This document shows, in pieces, positions 58,526-64,000 of a stretch of DNA of 64,000 nt. The translations under genes and the position numbers were made by a program. Within the stretch, counting starts at the first letter, position 1, and the number at the start of each line of letters is the position of its first letter. This DNA comes from the human T2T-CHM13v2.0 reference genome, Homo sapiens, in the NCBI RefSeq assembly GCF_009914755.1, contig NC_060942.1; one strand, written 5' to 3'. The notes under the pieces were generated by a model. That model worked only from the letters and a program-made list of their open reading frames with translations, ran no database searches and was not told the origin of the DNA.

Positions 58526-60799
58526 TCAGATTTATATATTATTTTATAGATACTGTAAATTTATGATCAGTCATATTTTCTTCTTTGCACTGGCTACCCC
58601 AAAACTCAAAGTGAAATCTGTGGATAAATTCCGGTACATGAACTTAGTGACTTTTTAAAAAATTTTTTGGTGGTGGGTGGGTGGAGTCCTAGCCACATTT
58701 CTAGTGTCCTTTTCTTTGCTCTACTTTCCTTGCCTTTTAACTTATACTTTTAACAGTTTTATCGATTTAATTTTTATGTTATTGTGTTGAATTGCATGTC
58801 TTGGAACAGTATAGGAATCATCACTGTCATCAATTACCTGGGTATTTGCCATCCATTGACGCTTCTTTTTGCATAGTAACTCATTCTTATCTAGAACCTG
58901 TGTGTTGTATTCAAAGTTGCTAAGGAAAAGCCTTTCCCAAGGTATGATGGAGACATGCAGGTACACGTGTGTGTGTGAGAGACAGCGAGAGAGAAAAAGA
59001 GAGAGAATGAGTGATGCCAACACCACCCCACCCAGCTTGTATCAACTTTCCTCCATCTTGTATATGACTTGGGTTTAGTCGTGATTTAGTCGTGATTCCC
59101 CCCTGTGAAACATGAATAATTTACTTTGATTTAACAGAGAAATATAGTACAACCATGGACTGCTGGGAGCCAGTCCAGGTGTGACAGTTCTGGAGAAAAG
59201 TTAGGGAGTCTGTTGCTGACCATACTGCTGTAGATGATGGCAAAATTTGTCTGTATTATTCAGAAAATCAAGAAGACTGTATTTTTAGAAATGCGTCCTT
59301 TTACTGTGTTTCAGGGGACTTTGCCTCCTTAACATATATTTTTCATTGTCCCCCATAGCATTTATTTGAAGAACCTCACTAACTGCCTGTTCTTGGCACT
59401 TCCATGTTTAATAGAGGAACCTACAGGATGTTACCTATGTGAATGCTCACAACTCTTCATCTTCTCATGAAGTGCAAGTTTTCAATTATATATTCCAACT
59501 AGTTGCAATGAAATGCACTCCTGAGAGTGCTTTGTTCTATGAGGTATATCTGGCAAGAAGAATTTAAGAACTGATAATAATTGATGCTGGCTGAACATGC
59601 CTGACTCTTGTTACACTGACTTTATATTTGCTGTCTGATTTAACTGTCAGAAATACCATGTGAGGTACATGTTATCTCTGTTTTTTACATAAAGAATCTA
59701 GACTTGGGAGACTAAGTGATTTGTCTAAAATCACCAAGCTAACAGTGGAAGAATTGGGGATATGCGTGTGTTTGACTCAGAACCTATACATTTTGCTATT
59801 ACCTAAAGCTGTCCTGAAAACTGAAAGCTTAGTTGTTCTTTCTTTACTTGGTTATTTTAATTCTGATGTCATTTACTTTAACTCATCTTATTTTAGCTCA
59901 ATAAACCATCTTTGTTATTTTGGGGGGGTCCCACATCTGTTGAATGAAGGCTAGGGGTGGATCTGAAAATTGGTGTGCAGGGAAATGTATCTTCACTGGG
60001 AAATATGAAATTCATAGTTGATCCCATTTTCCAGTAGTTCAATAATCATTCATAAGCCCGGAAAGAACCATATCATACTTTATTTGTTTCATTTCAAGTG
60101 ATAAGAACAGCTTTGTGTAATGGGAAAATTATAACCTGGCACCAGTGTTGTATTAGTCTTCTGGGTTTGCTCTCAGCCACACGTGCATGCTTTTGCTTTA
60201 TATGTGGTTCTATTTTAGTGCAACAGTGGTTTTGTAAACCGGGTCTGTAGCCAGCCTTAAGTTGTTTTGTGGATGCTTATCACTATTTCTCACTGTTTTA
60301 AGATCGCACTGTAGGACTTTCATCTGAGTGCTATCTGTTTCCACTGGGGGACCTTCTCTGTCAAAATTGAGGATTTCATTCTTTTTGAATGTTATTAGTG
60401 CTGTTGCCATTTGAGCTTATTGCTAGAATACTGAAGCTGTTTTCTACATCAAAATTAGGGTTTGCAACCGAGAGACAATACTTCTCGTAAATGTTTGCAG
60501 TCTTCTAACATTTCGTACCCCAAACTGGAAAGTTGTTAGTATTACGCATTTGAAACAAATCCATTTTGTTTCTGGAGTTGTTAAAACTCAGTAAGAGGGC
60601 AATATAAATGACCCGTTGTTGTCAAGTGAAATATTGAATTAAGTCTGTATCTTTTGAGTTGTTTTGTTCTCAATGGAGTGTTTAGTTGAAACAAGTAATT
60701 GTTAAAAGTGTTAGAGAAGACAGTGTCCAGGGACACTAATTTCACCATCAGATCTGGAGCTAACAACTAAGACAAATCTAGAAAGCTGGGACAGACAGT

Positions 60800-61449
60800 C
60801 TGAGGCTCCTTGATGCTATCCTGTTTAACATTGTTTATCAGAGCCTTGGAGGCAGATGTAGAAAGCATGCTCATCAGATTTGCAGACAACACAAAACTAG
60901 GTAAGATGGCTATTACCACAATTGAATGACAATGTCAGAGTTGTAGAATGGAGTGATGCACAAAAGCATGAGATGGGATTTAGGAAGGATAAATGGAGAG
61001 TCCTGGATTTAATTCAGAAAACCATCTACTTTCTTACAAAGTGGAGAGATGACTCAGTGGCAGTGGTGTACAAAAGCCGTATGGGATTTCAGGCTCGCAG
61101 AAGCTGAGAATGGACCAGCACCCTGTCTGCACTGTTGAGAAGAGAATGTGGTTAAGGGCAGTAGCCCGTTGAATTCTAAACAGCTGCCAGGATGGTTGAA
61201 GGGCCTGTAAACCTTTTAGTAGCAGGAATTACAGGGAGCAAAGCATACTTTGCCTGTTGCCTGGAGAAGTGAAGACTTAGAACATGACAGCTCTTTTCAA
61301 ATAATCAGCTTTCCTGTGCAAAAGCTAAGATCTTTTTTCTTTTCTTTTCTTTTCTTTTCTTTTCTTTTCTTTTCTTTTCTTTTCTTTCTCTCCTTCCTTC
61401 CTCTCTTCCTTCCTTCCTCCCTTCGTTCTTTCTTTTCTTTCTTTCTTTC

Positions 61450-61485
<36 letters not shown>

Positions 61486-61795
61486 TTCTTTCTTTCTCCC
61501 TTCCCCTTCCCCTTCCCCTTCCTTCCTTCCTTCCTTCCTTCCTTCCTTCCTTCCTTCCTTCTTTTTTTTCTATTTTTTCACAGGCTAGAGCAAAGATAAA
61601 TGGGTATACATTTCAAGAAGCAGAGTTTGGCCCTTTTTAAGGGGGGATGTTCTACATAGTCAGGATGCTTTACAAAATTCTGAGTGCCTCATCTATTCAG
61701 AGGCTGGCTGGCTGGCTGGGAAGTTGTACAGTTGACCTAAGCATTTGGATAGAAGTTGGACCAGGTGACCTCTAACATCTGTTTTTGCTCTGAGG
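60800..61795 (+). mobile_element. L3/CR1 relic (RT region to 3' end), interrupted by a simple repeat
   Basis: ctcatcagatttgcagacaacacaaaactaggt = LIRFADNTKLG (CR1 FADDTKL motif); 3'-end-like ttggaccaggtgacctctaa. Confidence 0.7.
61331..61579 (+). repeat. Compound polypyrimidine microsatellite (TTTTC)n-(TTTC)n-(CCTTCC)n-(TTCC)n
   Basis: About 249 nt with only two purines. Confidence 0.97.
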
Positions 61796-62608
61796 TTGGA
61801 AAATGGCTGTTTTACTTATCTTCTTGCCAACAGGACACACATTGTGGACATAATGTAAAAATATTCTTAAATTCATGTTTTCTTGAATGAGAACACTTAA
61901 TTGTCATCAGTGGCAAACAATTATAATTTTTTGAATTAATATGATTAATAGCATTATATGGATAGTAGAATTTTCATAATAATTAATAAGATCAATTTAA
62001 TTAATCACTTTCCCCATGTGAAACATGGAGAAAAGATCTTATACTATAAAAAGTAACAGGAGGCATTCAAGAGGATATGAGATGGGACAAAATCATCAAC
62101 GTGCTGAATGCTATTGATGCTGAAACAGCTGAATTACTATGTATATTTTGCATTTTCTATTATTCTTTGTTTTTTTTTTAAGTAGTTTCATTTCTAGTAC
62201 CAGAATTCAGCAGATGTTTACCACATGCTTAGTCTCGAATTTATTTTTCCCTTTAAAACTTGTGTGGACTGTAAGTGAATTTATCATCTCTTTTGATTTT
62301 GAGACCTCATATCTCCAAAGTATTAAAGTAAAACCTGTTTCTTTGTTAGATTTAGAATAATTCTTTGGAAAATATTTTGCAAGCTGTACCATGGTTTGTA
62401 CTGCATTTTGTCCTCTATTATTGTGCCAGGATTGAGGTGAAAGCATTTCTTTTTTCATTTTTTGGACAAATTATAAATGTTTCTTCTTTATTGAAAACAT
62501 GTTGAACATTTAAGTCAGTTCTCTTAAAATTTTTAATGCAAGAGCAATTTTTCAAATTCCTATACATCTGGAAACTATGAATTTTAAATTTGCTTAGGTC
62601 TTACTTTC

Positions 62609-62934
62609 TTTTTTTTCTTTTCTTTGTTTTTTTTTTTTTGTTTGTTTGTTTGTTTTTTGAGACAGATTTTCGCCCTGTCGCCCAGGCTGGAGTGCAATGG
62701 CATGATCTCGGCTCACTGCAACCTCCGCCTCTTGGGTTCAAGCGATTCTCTCAGCCTCCTGAGTAGCTGGGATTACAGGTGCCTGCCATCATGCCCAGCT
62801 AATTTTTGTATTTTTGTAGAGATAGGGTTTCACCATGTTGGCCAGGCTGGCCTCGAACTCCTGACCTCAGGCGATCTGGCCGCCTCAGCCTCCCAAAGTG
62901 CTGGTATTACAGGCATGAGCCACCATGCCCGGCC
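62609..62934 (-). mobile_element. AluS-like, ~270 nt upstream of exon 2
   Basis: Full dimer with TSD aggtcttactttc/agatcttaccttc. Confidence 0.93.
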
Positions 62935-63203
62935 AGATCTTACCTTCAGCTGGCTTCTACCAACATTAGATTGCTTTTGGAGAGCTGCGTAATACAGTGA
63001 TGTGGGTGAGGCATGGTTAATACTCAGCAGCACTCAGCAAGGGATCACTAAGTGTTGGATGCACAGCTCCTGAGTGGAAAGACCTAATCAGATTTAGTTT
63101 GGCATCAAACTTGGCATCAAGTCTAAGGCTTCCTGCAATCATCATAGCTTATTCTAGAGGCCTGGTTGGTATTTACATTACTTTTTATTCTTTTACATTT
63201 TAG

Positions 63204-63326
63204 GTGGCTGCCTCTTTGATGAGCCGTATAGCACATGTGGATATAGTCAATCTGAAGGTGATGACTTCAATTGGGAGCAAGTGAACACCTTGACTAAACC
63301 GACTTCTGATCCATGGATGCCATCAG
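63204..63326 (+). CDS. PTPRM: PTPRM coding exon 2 (receptor-type tyrosine-protein phosphatase mu, N-terminal MAM domain), 123 nt, phase 1/1
   Basis: ttttacattttag|GTGGCTGC...CCATCAG|gtttgc. Translates (G)GCLFDEPYSTCGYSQSEGDDFNWEQVNTLTKPTSDPWMPS(G), matching the PTPRM sequence after the signal peptide as I recall it. Confidence 0.97.
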
Positions 63327-64000
63327 GTTTGCTTTTAGTTTTAAGTTTTGTTTTAAAGAGGAACACAAGAGTCTCAATCATACTATGTGTTCACTGGATA
63401 TTGGTTAAATGAGTGACGGTGTTGGTCTTTGGATGTGGCAGTCAAAGTTGGATTAGCTAGTGAGAGTGGTGCAATTAACAGGATAGGTTATAAAAGTTTT
63501 ATCTCTCTCCCCTTAAAGTCTAAATTATACTTCTTTTATTTGCAAGTACATCTTAGCTAGATTAGTGGGCATTACCCAGTTGATCTTTTCCCAAGCAGCA
63601 AATATGAGAAAAAGATTGAGATCTCTTCTGGTAAATGTGTCTAAGTGTTAGAACTCCAGTTGGGGAATCCAAATAACAGTCTCCATAGGAGGCCTTGGTG
63701 GGGGACTTTTCTTAGCCTCAGGGGCTCCCTTGGCACCTGGGAGATCTAGGAGAATGCCCAGTGATCTTGAAAGTTTTCTGAAGACAAAATGGCAATGCAA
63801 AAATGTGGGTATTTTTTCCACTGAAGAAATGTTTAGTGAATTTCTGATGAGTGAAAGATGTGTTCCACTGAACACCAAAAAGAATTTTACTTCTTGTTGG
63901 GAGGGAAAAGTAGGAAGATGGTGACTAGTGAGCTCTAATCAGCTTGGAGCTTGATTATTGCAATGGACCCTTTTTCAGGCTATGACATTGGACATCCCTT

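Noticed and set aside
61250-61588. Phe/Ser/Leu-rich 112-aa ORF as a membrane protein
   Set aside because: It is a translation of the pyrimidine microsatellite.

Overview
This is primate genomic DNA, most likely human or great ape. It covers the 3' part of the very large first intron of PTPRM (receptor tyrosine phosphatase mu, + strand). The only real coding sequence is the 123-nt exon 2 at 63204-63326 (GGCLFDEPYSTCGYSQSEGDDFNWEQVNTLTKPTSDPWMPSG, start of the MAM domain). The first ~30 kb is dense with transposable elements: a triple-nested L1PB > ERV1 solo LTR > 5'-complete but 3'-tailless L1PA, older L1M pieces, about 8 solo LTRs, many Alus (two sharing one target site) and a near-full Hsmar1 mariner carrying an AluY. 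The second half is mostly unique sequence or ancient repeats (MIR, L2, L3, MER5, MLT). Nearly all ORFs in the supplied track are broken TE frames or noise. I see no convincing new gene system. The best leads are splicing and RNA-structure candidates (54-nt poison-type exon, recursive-splice-like site, 66-nt pre-miRNA-like hairpin, 250-nt pyrimidine tract ending in a 3' splice site) and insertion histories that can be rebuilt from target-site duplications (TSDs). Repeat subfamily names are from recalled consensus sequences and need RepeatMasker/Dfam confirmation.
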